A DNA stretch of 64,000 nucleotides, taken from assembly GCA_030615605.1 (NCBI GenBank), contig JAUWYY010000006.1, positions 11,847 through 75,846 of the forward strand. Reading direction: 5' to 3'. The position numbers were made by a program, and so were the translations under genes. Origin of the DNA: a bacterium. Lineage in GTDB: Bacteria; Armatimonadota; Zipacnadia; Zipacnadales; Zipacnadaceae. The notes beneath the pieces were generated by a model. It was not told where the DNA came from and did not search any database. It saw only the letters and a program-made list of their open reading frames with translations. Positions 10,333 through 20,425 of the stretch are shown piece after piece; positions within the stretch are counted from its first letter, which is position 1, and the number at the start of each line of letters is the position of its first letter.

Positions 10333-11850
10333 ATGCCTTACAATGACCTGAGCATATTTGGTCCCGAATTGAGTCTGTGCGGGCTGGCGCTAGTTGTGCT
10401 GGTCGCCGACCTGATTGTGCCACGACGGTGGCGGCTGGTGCCGGCGGGGTTGGCGGCGGTGGGTCTGGCAGTACCCGTGTATCTGGTAGCAAGCCGCTGG
10501 ATGGCGCCACAGACTTTCGAGTTTATGGGCGCCTACGTCATTGACAGCTTCGCCGATAGCCTGAAGCTGGTGCTGCTGGCGGCGGCCTTCCTGGTGATCC
10601 TGCTCTCAGTTGACTACCTGCGCCGGCTGGAGCGCGGGTTTGGCGAATATTTCGCGCTGGTGCTGTTTTCGCTGACGGGAATGATGCTGCTCACCGGCGC
10701 GTTTGACCTGATCATTATTTATCTGGCCTTCGAGATGATTAGCCTGTCCTGCTATGTGCTGACCGGCTACATGAGGCAGGATCGCAAGTCCAATGAAGCG
10801 GCGCTGAAGTATTTTCTGTATGGGGCAGCAGCTTCGGGGGTGATGCTGTACGGCATCTCGCTCATCTACGGGTTGGGTGGCTCAACTCGCCTCAGCGAGA
10901 TTGCCGCCCGCTTTATGGCCTCGGGGCCGACGGCGGCCGTCGCGGTACAGCCGGCCTTCCTGCAGAGCACGCTGGTGCAGGCGGGGATACCGGAGATCTA
11001 TGTGCTGCGACTGGCTGAGTTGATGATGCCGCTGGCGGTGGTTATGGTCATGGTGGGACTGGGCTTCAAGATCGCCATGGTCCCGTTCCACGCCTGGGCG
11101 CCGGATGCCTACGAGGGCGCTCCCACGCCGATAACTGCGTTCTTGTCAGTCGCGCCGAAGGCGGCGGGCTTCGCGTTGCTTGTGCGTCTGGTGCTGTTGT
11201 GGCAGCCACTGCTAATGGCGCACTGGCCGGCGCTGCTGGCGGCGCTGGCCACTATTACGATGTTCGGCGGCAATCTGTGGGCCATTCGTCAGACCAATAT
11301 CAAGCGGATGCTGGCCTATTCGTCAATCGCCCACGCCGGCTACCTGCTCATCGGTGTGGTGGTAGCGGCCAGCGATGCAATTGGTCAGCACGGGATCATC
11401 GTCTATTTCGCGGCTTATCTGTTTATGAATATCGGAGCATTTGCGGTGGTATTGTTGGTGGCGCGCAACCGGGGCAGCGAGGAAATTGCCGACTTCGCAG
11501 GAATGTACCGGACAGCGCCAGTATTCGCTGCGGCGATGGTCATCTTCCTGCTATCGCTGACGGGCATTCCGCCAACTGCGGGCTTTGTGGGCAAGCTGTA
11601 TATTTTCGGCGCAGCTATAAGCACCGGCAAGTGGGCGTGGCTGGCGGTAGTTGGTATCATTAACAGCGCAATCTCGCTATACTACTATATGAACATCGTC
11701 CGGGTGATGTACTTCGGGGAGCCGGGAGACGAAGCAATGACCATTCAGCCGGTGGGCATCACGATAGTAGCTGCCATCTGCCTGGTGGGCACATTCGCGA
11801 TCGGGCTGTTCCCGCAGGCGATAATTGAGCTTATTCAGCAGTATATCTAG
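10333..11850 (+). CDS. nuoN: NADH-quinone oxidoreductase subunit N (antiporter-like)
   Basis: 505 aa; NuoN-like (..FHAWAPDAYEGAPTPITAF.., ..KRMLAYSSIAHAGYLLIG..); last gene of the operon. Confidence 0.9.
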   Translation: MPYNDLSIFGPELSLCGLALVVLVADLIVPRRWRLVPAGLAAVGLAVPVYLVASRWMAPQTFEFMGAYVIDSFADSLKLVLLAAAFLVILLSVDYLRRLERGFGEYFALVLFSLTGMMLLTGAFDLIIIYLAFEMISLSCYVLTGYMRQDRKSNEAALKYFLYGAAASGVMLYGISLIYGLGGSTRLSEIAARFMASGPTAAVAVQPAFLQSTLVQAGIPEIYVLRLAELMMPLAVVMVMVGLGFKIAMVPFHAWAPDAYEGAPTPITAFLSVAPKAAGFALLVRLVLLWQPLLMAHWPALLAALATITMFGGNLWAIRQTNIKRMLAYSSIAHAGYLLIGVVVAASDAIGQHGIIVYFAAYLFMNIGAFAVVLLVARNRGSEEIADFAGMYRTAPVFAAAMVIFLLSLTGIPPTAGFVGKLYIFGAAISTGKWAWLAVVGIINSAISLYYYMNIVRVMYFGEPGDEAMTIQPVGITIVAAICLVGTFAIGLFPQAIIELIQQYI

Positions 11851-11912
11851 ACGCGGCTTGTTCCCCCACCATACGGCCGATAGCGTATGCACTGAACGGT
11901 CGGGAGCCGGAT

Positions 11913-12920
11913 ATGAGTAGCCAAACCAAAACGAAGGTTCAGAGGCCGGTATCGGCGAGCAGCCCCTGGCGAGAACTCTATGCTCCCATCGCCGAGAAAT
12001 TGGCCCGAGCTGAGCAGCTCCTCCAGCAGATAGCCGAGAGCAGTTCGCCGATTGTTGAGGAGGTAGCAAGCCACACCGTGGGCAAGCGGCTGCGCCCGGC
12101 GCTGTTGCTGCTGTGTGCTGAGGCCTGCGGGCAGATCAGCGATCAGGCGGTCAGATTGGCCGCAGTAGTGGAACTCGTGCACTCCGGCTCGCTGCTGCAC
12201 GATGATGTACTTGACGAAGCTGAGATGCGCCGGGGGACAGAGTCGGCCTGGCGCAAGTGGGGAGTCTCCCGGGCGGTGCTGGTCGGTGACTACCTGGCCG
12301 CGGCAGCCTACCGCTATCTGGCTGAGCACGACGACAACGATGACTTGAATATCCTAACCCAGGCCATCGGCAAGATGTGTGAGGCGGAGCTGCTGAGTCT
12401 GGAGCGCGGCGACGAAATTGACGAACAGGTCTATCTGCAGATTGTTGCTGGAAAGACTGCCGCCTTGTTTTCAGCCAGTTGCCGGCTGGGGGCGAAGGCG
12501 GCTGAAGCCCACGAGGAGATCCAGTCTGAGCTGGCTGCTTTCGGGCATGACCTGGGTCTGGCATTCCAGATAACCGATGACCTGCTGAATTTATACGGTG
12601 ATGCAGACGCGCTGGGCAAGTCGGTGGGGCAGGATCAGCCCCGAGGCATGCGGACGCTGGCAGTCATCCATGCCTTGGAAAATGATGACTCGGGACGGAT
12701 TGGCCGGCTGGTTGAGGAACTGTCTGAGGACACTGGCGGCAAAGAGGCCCGGGCAACTCTGGCAGCGCAGGTGGAGCAGGCCGGCGGCCGCAGCTACGCC
12801 GAGCAGTGTGCTCGCGACCACATAACTTCAGCGCAGCGCCATCTGCAAATCCTATCACCCTCCCCCAGCCGAGAAGCCCTCTTCGGCCTGACCAAGCAGA
12901 CTGTGGGCCGCATCAGCTAA
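11913..12920 (+). CDS. polyprenyl diphosphate synthase (trans-isoprenyl diphosphate synthase family)
   Basis: Both aspartate-rich motifs are present (LLHDDVLDE and FQITDDLLN). 335 aa, a typical length. Confidence 0.8.
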   Translation: MSSQTKTKVQRPVSASSPWRELYAPIAEKLARAEQLLQQIAESSSPIVEEVASHTVGKRLRPALLLLCAEACGQISDQAVRLAAVVELVHSGSLLHDDVLDEAEMRRGTESAWRKWGVSRAVLVGDYLAAAAYRYLAEHDDNDDLNILTQAIGKMCEAELLSLERGDEIDEQVYLQIVAGKTAALFSASCRLGAKAAEAHEEIQSELAAFGHDLGLAFQITDDLLNLYGDADALGKSVGQDQPRGMRTLAVIHALENDDSGRIGRLVEELSEDTGGKEARATLAAQVEQAGGRSYAEQCARDHITSAQRHLQILSPSPSREALFGLTKQTVGRIS

Positions 12921-13073
12921 CAGCGCTCTGGCTGCAAGGAATGTCCCCGCCGGTTGGCGCTCATCACAGGCAATTTGTATGTGGTGTGCTTGCCTTCAAC
13001 GGGTTTTGGTGCTAAGATGTGGGTGAGTATTGCGGCGAGATATACAGGCTCGGGGGATAGGGGAGGTCACGCT

Positions 13074-13697
13074 ATGCTATCGCGAAAAGATCAACAGAGT
13101 CGCCAGACCGTCGCTTTCTGGCTGATGGTCGTATTGATCTGCGCTATTGCTGGTGTCTTAAGCTATCAGGTTGGCAAGAACTGGGTGGGCCGGCGTCTGG
13201 CCGAAGTTGACCTGGAGGCTGGGGCTCGGCCCGAGCCACCCGGCGAAATTCCGGCCGCCGACGTGCCCTACGGTGAGCCAGAAGAACCGGCGCCGCTGCG
13301 GCCCGTCGTCGAGATTGAGGAGCGTGAGCCTACTGGAAGTGAAGGGCTGTTCACTCAGCCTGGTCAGGAGGGCGAGCAGACTGTGGAGGGGCCTCAAGAC
13401 GGCGCCGAACTTCATACGAGCGAATCCGAGGCAAGTGGGGATGGCTCCGAGCAGCCCTCGACTGCTGAGGGGGAGTGGGTAGTGACGGCTGGTTCGTTCA
13501 CTGAAGAGGCTAATGCTCGCAGACAGGCTCAGAAGCTGGAGCGGCGGGGCTACAGTCCGTTTATCACCCAGATTGAGAACCGGGGGATCATATATCACCG
13601 GGTCAATGTGAGAACCTTCAGCAAGCGAGACGACGCCGAAGAGCTGGCCCAAAAAGTGCGCGAGGATGGCTTTGTGGCCGCGCTGGTACACCGATAG
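13074..13697 (+). CDS. SPOR-domain (peptidoglycan-binding) membrane-anchored protein
   Basis: ATG at 13074 preceded by GGGAGG. N-terminal TM segment (FWLMVVLICAIAGVL), acidic Pro/Glu-rich linker, and a C-terminal SPOR-like domain (WVVTAGSF...A..QKLERRGYSPFI...GIIYHRVNV..FS.R.DAE.LAQKVR). The ORF-track start at 12954 is probably too far upstream. Confidence 0.6.
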   Translation: MLSRKDQQSRQTVAFWLMVVLICAIAGVLSYQVGKNWVGRRLAEVDLEAGARPEPPGEIPAADVPYGEPEEPAPLRPVVEIEEREPTGSEGLFTQPGQEGEQTVEGPQDGAELHTSESEASGDGSEQPSTAEGEWVVTAGSFTEEANARRQAQKLERRGYSPFITQIENRGIIYHRVNVRTFSKRDDAEELAQKVREDGFVAALVHR

Positions 13698-13740
13698 AAA
13701 GAACGAGGCTCGCTGGTGTCACGTAGCAGGGAGAAACACC

Positions 13741-15078
13741 TTGGATAGCTTGGTTGATATAGCTCAGGCGGCGGTGCAGGCGGCAACTGCCGCGGGCGCT
13801 GACTGGGCCGATGCAATTTGTGCCTCGGCGCGATCGGTTCAGGTCGAGGTGGAAAAAAGCAGTATTAAGCAGTGCGAGGCCCAACGCAGCAGCGGAGTGG
13901 GGGTGCGGGCCTACGTCAACGGCGCAGTAGGGCTGGCCAGTAGTCAGAGTCTGGAGAATAGCCAGGTACGCACGTGCGCCGGACAGGCGGTAACCCTGGC
14001 GAGAGCCGCCCATCGCGATCCGGACTTCGTAGCATTACCCCAGCCCAGCGCAGTGCAGCGAGTCCCCGAGCTGTTTGATGAGGATGTTGCCGCCCTGGAT
14101 TCAGCCCGAGTAGTGCGGTGGTGCCAGGAAGGCATTGAGGAGGCGTGTGAGGTTAATCCGAATGTAGCGCTGTCGGGTGGTGCCTCGCTGGCTGAGGGTG
14201 AGTACGGGCTGGCCAGTTCCACCGGCGTAGCCTTGAGCGATCGTGGGACCTCCATACAAGTCTTCTTTATGGCGGTGGTGCGCGACGGCGAGGACGTGGG
14301 CAGCTATTTTGAGTACGATGTAGCCCGACGGCTCGAGGATTTCGTGCCGGTCGGGGTCGCCGGTCAGGCCACAGAGCAGGCCGGCAACTTCCTGGGCGCC
14401 CGACATATGAAGACCGCGCGGCTGCCGGTGGTGATGGGGCCACTAAGCGCTGGCGATTTTCTTACAGATCCTATTGAGGCAGCGGATGCCGAGAGTATCC
14501 AGCGCGAGCGCACTTATATGGTCGGCAAGGCCGGCCAGCAGATTGGCAGTGAAGCAATCACTATTATCGAGGACCCCTTTGTGCCAGCCGGGGTCTCTTC
14601 GGAGGGCTGGGATGCCGAGGGAGTACCGAAGCAACAGCGGGCCTTGATTGACGCAGGTGTGCTGACCACCTACTTGCATAATTCATACACAGCCAACAAG
14701 GCGGGAGTGGACAACACCGCGCATGCGGCTCGTGGTGGCTATTCCCCCAGTGTCAGCATCTCGGCCAGTAACTTGCTGATTGAGCCGGGTCAACTTACCG
14801 AAGCCGAGTTGATTGCCGAAATTGACGAGGGGCTGTATATCAATGCTGCCCAGGTACAGCCTGATGCGGCCAGCGGTGATCTGTCGGTAACGGTGGATTT
14901 TGGCTTCAAGATCGAAGATGGCCAACTGGCTTATCCGGTGAAGAATACTATGATTGGCGGCCATATCCTGGAGCTGCTGGCGCAGGTTGATGCCGTCTCC
15001 AGCGATTATCGGGAAGAGCCGGGCAGCATCATCCCCAGCGTGCGGCTCAGCGCAGTGCAGATTATCGGGGCTGAATAG
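13741..15078 (+). CDS. TldD/PmbA-family metalloprotease/modulator
   Basis: PmbA/TldD-like sequence throughout, recalled from memory. The start was chosen as in-frame TTG at 13741 with GGGAGA 6 nt upstream; the ORF-track start at 13666 would overlap the SPOR gene. Start uncertain. Confidence 0.7.
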   Translation: MDSLVDIAQAAVQAATAAGADWADAICASARSVQVEVEKSSIKQCEAQRSSGVGVRAYVNGAVGLASSQSLENSQVRTCAGQAVTLARAAHRDPDFVALPQPSAVQRVPELFDEDVAALDSARVVRWCQEGIEEACEVNPNVALSGGASLAEGEYGLASSTGVALSDRGTSIQVFFMAVVRDGEDVGSYFEYDVARRLEDFVPVGVAGQATEQAGNFLGARHMKTARLPVVMGPLSAGDFLTDPIEAADAESIQRERTYMVGKAGQQIGSEAITIIEDPFVPAGVSSEGWDAEGVPKQQRALIDAGVLTTYLHNSYTANKAGVDNTAHAARGGYSPSVSISASNLLIEPGQLTEAELIAEIDEGLYINAAQVQPDAASGDLSVTVDFGFKIEDGQLAYPVKNTMIGGHILELLAQVDAVSSDYREEPGSIIPSVRLSAVQIIGAE

Positions 15079-15238
15079 CGGTAATTAGGCAGACAGTCGT
15101 GCCCCCTGCCTGCTCTGAGCTTGTGGAGGCCTCTTGCTCAATGTGGTCGGGCTCGTCTCAATACCGTAGGAGCGACATTCTTGTCGCGACACAAATGTTG
15201 CCCTTACAGAGCGCAAATCTCAGCCGTTGCCAGGTGCC

Positions 15239-16261
15239 CTATTCGTAAGATACCGGCAAGAGCAATTTCAGAGCTTCGAGGCAGCCTTCCACATTCGGAT
15301 CGAGTGGGTATCTGTCGCGCGGTTTCAGCAGGTTCAAATAGGCTGACGGTGTCTCTGCAAACGTTGCGTCTTCCTTGCCCTTACGAAAGGCTTTGTAGCA
15401 GTATCCGTTTGTAACAACCACGACCTTACAGTTGGGAAAGTACTCTGCATACTTCTTTACCTGTTTAGGCGCATAATCGAGGCCCTGCGTGAAGCTCTTG
15501 GTCTCGATGATGAGAAGACACCTATCATTCTCCTTCTCCCCAGTGTATGGCTTCGAGAAGCAAGCAATGTCGGCTCGCCCGCGATCCTTTACCGGCAGTT
15601 CGATCTTAATCTGCTGCTCCGCCCATCCAAGCGCCAAGAGCAGGGGAATGACAAGAAATGTGCGGATTTCATGCTCACGAAGGTCTTGCCGCTTGTCGAG
15701 GCCGTAGTAGTACCCAGCCAGCAGACGAATGCGATTAAACGTAGCAGTCAGCTCTTCAGCCGCTCCCGGACGCAGTCCCTGGCGGATCAGAAACTCCAGT
15801 ATCGTTTGATCACCGACGAGTCTTGTCGGTTCGGGTTCCGGATCATACTTCTCTTCTACCGCGACGCTTGAGAGTATACACTCCGCCATATTCCTTAGCT
15901 CCTGCTTATTCACTCTCATGATCGCGCCCAAGGCCAGACCCTTGGCTGGTTGTGCTGAGTGATGGTCGGGAACATGCCAGTCTACGAAGCAGTATGCCGG
16001 TAGATTCCAGCCGTCGAAGTCTTTAAGCCAGTCTTTATCACCCTCACCTCTGTGCCGGCCATTTCGCTCTACTACTTGCCCCACCGCCCAGAACTTCGTC
16101 TTGCCTTGCTTCAAAATGATCCGGTCGTCCACCCCTACCTTCCTCATCGTGCGAATTTGATTCTCCCCGCCCACGAACGCCATGCCGTAGCGAATAAAAT
16201 CCTTGTGGTAGTCGCGTCCAAAGAAGCCAGCGGCGATTTGCCAGTAGTTGTGCTGTGCCAT
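15239..16261 (-). CDS. Candidate modification-dependent (type IV-like) restriction endonuclease: C-terminal PD-(D/E)xK nuclease signature plus N-terminal domain of unknown function
   Basis: 340-aa ORF. The C-terminal region has a D...ExK arrangement (RADIACF ... LLIIETKSF) as in PD-(D/E)xK nucleases. The N-terminal ~120 aa (NYWQIAAG...KFWAVGQVV) has unknown fold. GC content sampled over this gene is about 43-57%, visibly lower than flanking genes. Confidence 0.45.
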   Translation of the reverse strand: MAQHNYWQIAAGFFGRDYHKDFIRYGMAFVGGENQIRTMRKVGVDDRIILKQGKTKFWAVGQVVERNGRHRGEGDKDWLKDFDGWNLPAYCFVDWHVPDHHSAQPAKGLALGAIMRVNKQELRNMAECILSSVAVEEKYDPEPEPTRLVGDQTILEFLIRQGLRPGAAEELTATFNRIRLLAGYYYGLDKRQDLREHEIRTFLVIPLLLALGWAEQQIKIELPVKDRGRADIACFSKPYTGEKENDRCLLIIETKSFTQGLDYAPKQVKKYAEYFPNCKVVVVTNGYCYKAFRKGKEDATFAETPSAYLNLLKPRDRYPLDPNVEGCLEALKLLLPVSYE

Positions 16262-16354
16262 TATTGAAGCCCTTCCTCCTGGTGTGTCATTGTATTCATG
16301 GTTGCACGCACCTCGACCTCCAGTTCGCCCATTATCGCGTCCAACGGTAGTATA

Positions 16355-16771
16355 TCAGGGATAGATCTCATCAATTAGCTTCTGTTGAATTTGCTCCATC
16401 TCGGCTCGGCCCGCCTCGGTTTGGTCTTCGTAGCCCATCACGTGCAGCAGCCCGTGAATGGCCAGCAGGCATAGCTCCGCCATCAGACTGTGGCCGTACT
16501 GCTGGGCCTGACGCTGGGCCGTCTGCACCGAGATTATGATCTCCCCGCTGCTGCCCTCGGTGTCCTGCTCGGCCTCGAAGGCGATGACGTCGGTCGGTTC
16601 ACAGCGTTGAAGGAGTTGGCGGTTAAGCCGGGAGATTCTCGCGTCGTCAACCAGGGCGACACTGAGGCTGTCCACGGTGGTGCCTAGCTGCCGGGCGGCG
16701 GCCTCCAGCACTTGCTTGAGCCTGTCGCGGTCAACAGAGACGGATTGGAGGCTGCGCAATTGTATCTTCAT
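16355..16771 (-). CDS. ybeY: endoribonuclease YbeY (rRNA maturation factor)
   Basis: 138 aa; H-x-x-x-H-x-x-x-x-x-H zinc motif (HGLLHVMGYEDQTE). Confidence 0.85.
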   Translation of the reverse strand: MKIQLRSLQSVSVDRDRLKQVLEAAARQLGTTVDSLSVALVDDARISRLNRQLLQRCEPTDVIAFEAEQDTEGSSGEIIISVQTAQRQAQQYGHSLMAELCLLAIHGLLHVMGYEDQTEAGRAEMEQIQQKLIDEIYP

Positions 16772-16801
16772 TGTTTGGCGGAATGTTGGCGCAGTGGCGG
16801 G

Positions 16802-18979
16802 TTAGGAATGGGTGCTTTGGGATTGGCCGTAAGCCTTGGCAACCTCTTCGGCATCGCGCTCGATCTGGTCGGGGTACTTGATGCGCTGGTGAAACATTGT
16901 GTTGAGGCTGTCAATGAGACTCTGCTTGACCTTATCAACTTCAGCGAAGGTCAACGGACACTCGTCAAGTTGGCCATCTTCAATCTTCTCGTCAACGAGT
17001 CGGTTGACCAGGGCTTGTACTTTGGTAGGGATAGGTTCGTCGAGAGTGCGGGCGGCGGCCTCGACTACGTCGGCAAGCATCACAATGGCATTCTCTTTAG
17101 TCTGGGGACGGGGCCCGGGGTAACGAAATGCTTCTTTACTGACCTCTTCGTCTTCTTCGGCCTGATCGCAAGCCTTTTCATAGAAGTATCGGATCAGGTA
17201 AGTGCCGTGGCTCTGGGGGATGGCGTTAGCGATCGGCTGGGGGATGCCTGCATCTTCCGCTAGCTGCAGGCCGTCTTTGACGTGAGCGGTTATTATCAGG
17301 GCGCTAAGGTGAGGACTGAGCTTGTCGTGGGGATTTTCGCCGCCGAACTGGTTTTCCACGAAGAAGTAGGGCCGCTTGATCTTGCCGATATCGTGATACA
17401 GGGCAGCGGTGTGAGCCAGGAGGCTGTTGGCACTGATAGCTTCAGCGGCCTGTTCGGCCAGGTTGGCGACCATAATCGAGGACTGGTAGCTAGCTGGCGC
17501 TTCCCGCCGGAGTTGGCGCAGGATTGGCTCGTTGGGGTTGGATAGCTCCATAAGTCGCAGGTCAGTAAGCAGTTGCAGAGGGCCTTCGAGGACGACAATT
17601 ACCCCGATTGAGAGCAGGGCAGCGGCTACCCCACCTACTGCCGTGACCCCGGCTATGTGCCACTGCTGGGTTAGATCGAAAGCTGCTGTGGCGATAACCA
17701 GTACCAGGGCATTGCCCACAGCCACCATCACCGCCGCTCGGGTGATGGTTCGGGTCCAACTGCCGCGGATGGTGCTGACATTGGCTGCAAACAAACCGCA
17801 TATTATTGTCGCTACCACCAGCCGAACGTCATTGGAAGGTGTAGCCAGGCCAACCAGCGGCCCGAGCAAGAGCGCGAGAAACGAGCCGAGCACCGGGCGC
17901 GTCGCCAGGGCTATCACCATACACGCTGCGGTGGCTGTGGTGAGAACTATCGCCTCAAAGTACGACGATTGCTGGCTTATACGGAATACAAGTGTTGCTA
18001 CAATTACAACCACACTGAGCAGCGCCATTTGCCGCATATCCCCGTAGACTCCGGGAGTGAAGCGAAGAGCACACGCCCACAGTATGGCAACTATCGCTGA
18101 TAGCAGGGCCAGAATTCCCAGAACTTGAGAGTAGTCAACGACGGGATTAACCAGACCGACGGCTCGGAAGATATCCATATGGTGAGAAGTTACTGTTTCC
18201 CCCTCAGTAGTTATGATCTCACCAGTTTGGATGGTGCGCTCGATCGGTTCTACTGCCTGGCGTGCCGCGGCTCGCTCTTGCTCGGTCAACTCACGATCGA
18301 AGACCAGATTCGGCTTAATAGTAAGTTGGGCGATTTCAGTAGCAGCCGCTGCCGCGGCGCTGGTCAGGTTCATTTGCTCGGCTTGTTCGGCGATTGTGCC
18401 TTGCGCATTCTTGAGGTCGCGAGTGCCTTTGCGCAGCCGCTCCTGCATCTGGCTGCTGGCCAGTTCTTGGGTTGCAGCCTTGATCTGATCAAGTGCGGCC
18501 GGCGGTTTCTCGAGAAGCGTCTGCAAGGTTGCTTCGCTCAGGTCGAGAACTATGTGTTTGCGAAGGGCAGCCATTCGGTCTGTGGCGGGCTGGTCAGTGC
18601 TCGGTTGGTGGGTCTCTTGGGCCTGGGAGAAAACTTCGTTGATTACCCGCCTGACGCCAGCCTCAGCATCGGCCACCGGTGAATACTGTTTGGTGACCTT
18701 AGCTGCGGCCTCATCGCGCAGTTTGCTGGTTGCCTCAGTGGCGGTGTAGACGGCGCTACGCGGAGCCTTGATTGTCCGATCAGCGGTGTCTGCTGCCTGC
18801 CAGTCAACCCTGGGGGGTAGAACGCGGGCCCACAAGCTGAAGAATAATAGGCCCACAGTAATGGTCGCCAGCAGTAAGCGGCGCAGGGGAAGTTCCTTCA
18901 GGCCGAAAAGCCGGGACGCCGACGACCGGTCGCTGGCCTGTCTTTTCACTTGAGGCATCTGGCTTGCTCTCCTCAGCAA
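16802..18979 (-). CDS. 7TM receptor with intracellular HD hydrolase domain (PgpH/YqfF family)
   Basis: 725 aa; N-terminal signal/TM, extracellular region, 7 TM helices, C-terminal HD-GYP-like HD domain (HTAALYHDIGKI...). Conserved position between phoH and ybeY. Confidence 0.75.
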   Translation of the reverse strand: MLRRASQMPQVKRQASDRSSASRLFGLKELPLRRLLLATITVGLLFFSLWARVLPPRVDWQAADTADRTIKAPRSAVYTATEATSKLRDEAAAKVTKQYSPVADAEAGVRRVINEVFSQAQETHQPSTDQPATDRMAALRKHIVLDLSEATLQTLLEKPPAALDQIKAATQELASSQMQERLRKGTRDLKNAQGTIAEQAEQMNLTSAAAAAATEIAQLTIKPNLVFDRELTEQERAAARQAVEPIERTIQTGEIITTEGETVTSHHMDIFRAVGLVNPVVDYSQVLGILALLSAIVAILWACALRFTPGVYGDMRQMALLSVVVIVATLVFRISQQSSYFEAIVLTTATAACMVIALATRPVLGSFLALLLGPLVGLATPSNDVRLVVATIICGLFAANVSTIRGSWTRTITRAAVMVAVGNALVLVIATAAFDLTQQWHIAGVTAVGGVAAALLSIGVIVVLEGPLQLLTDLRLMELSNPNEPILRQLRREAPASYQSSIMVANLAEQAAEAISANSLLAHTAALYHDIGKIKRPYFFVENQFGGENPHDKLSPHLSALIITAHVKDGLQLAEDAGIPQPIANAIPQSHGTYLIRYFYEKACDQAEEDEEVSKEAFRYPGPRPQTKENAIVMLADVVEAAARTLDEPIPTKVQALVNRLVDEKIEDGQLDECPLTFAEVDKVKQSLIDSLNTMFHQRIKYPDQIERDAEEVAKAYGQSQSTHS

Positions 18980-18997
18980 ACTGGGCCCTGCCAGAGG

Positions 18998-20008
<1,011 letters not shown>

Positions 20009-20056
20009 AGGATCCTCCTAACTGAGAGTCATTCGCGACGCAAGTGGCTGTCGCAT

Positions 20057-20422
20057 CTACCCCGGCGGCCACTGCATGCGTCGGCCGCCCAACAGGTGAA
20101 AATGCAGATGGTCTACTGATTGCCCGGCATCGGCGCCCACGTTGGTCACCAGCCGATAGCCGTCTTTGGCAATTCTCTGGGCCTGGGCGATCTGCGCCGC
20201 CACCATATTGCAGTGTCCCAGCAGTTCGGCCTGCTCTTCGGAGGCGTCGGCCAGGTTCTCGATATGTTGAATAGGGATGATCAGAATGTGTGTCGGAGCT
20301 TGCGGGTTCAGATCGCGGAAGGCGACCACCTGCTCGTCGCGGTAGACGATTTCACTGTCGATCTCGCCAGCGGCAATCTGGCAGAATATACAGCTCATAG
20401 CCGACACTCCTTGCTCGGTCAT
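20057..20422 (-). CDS. HIT-family (histidine triad) nucleotide hydrolase
   Basis: CIFCQI N-terminal motif and histidine triad DHLHFHLLGG. The true start may be the internal Met (MSCIFC). Confidence 0.8.
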   Translation of the reverse strand: MTEQGVSAMSCIFCQIAAGEIDSEIVYRDEQVVAFRDLNPQAPTHILIIPIQHIENLADASEEQAELLGHCNMVAAQIAQAQRIAKDGYRLVTNVGADAGQSVDHLHFHLLGGRRMQWPPG

Positions 20423-20425
20423 TGT

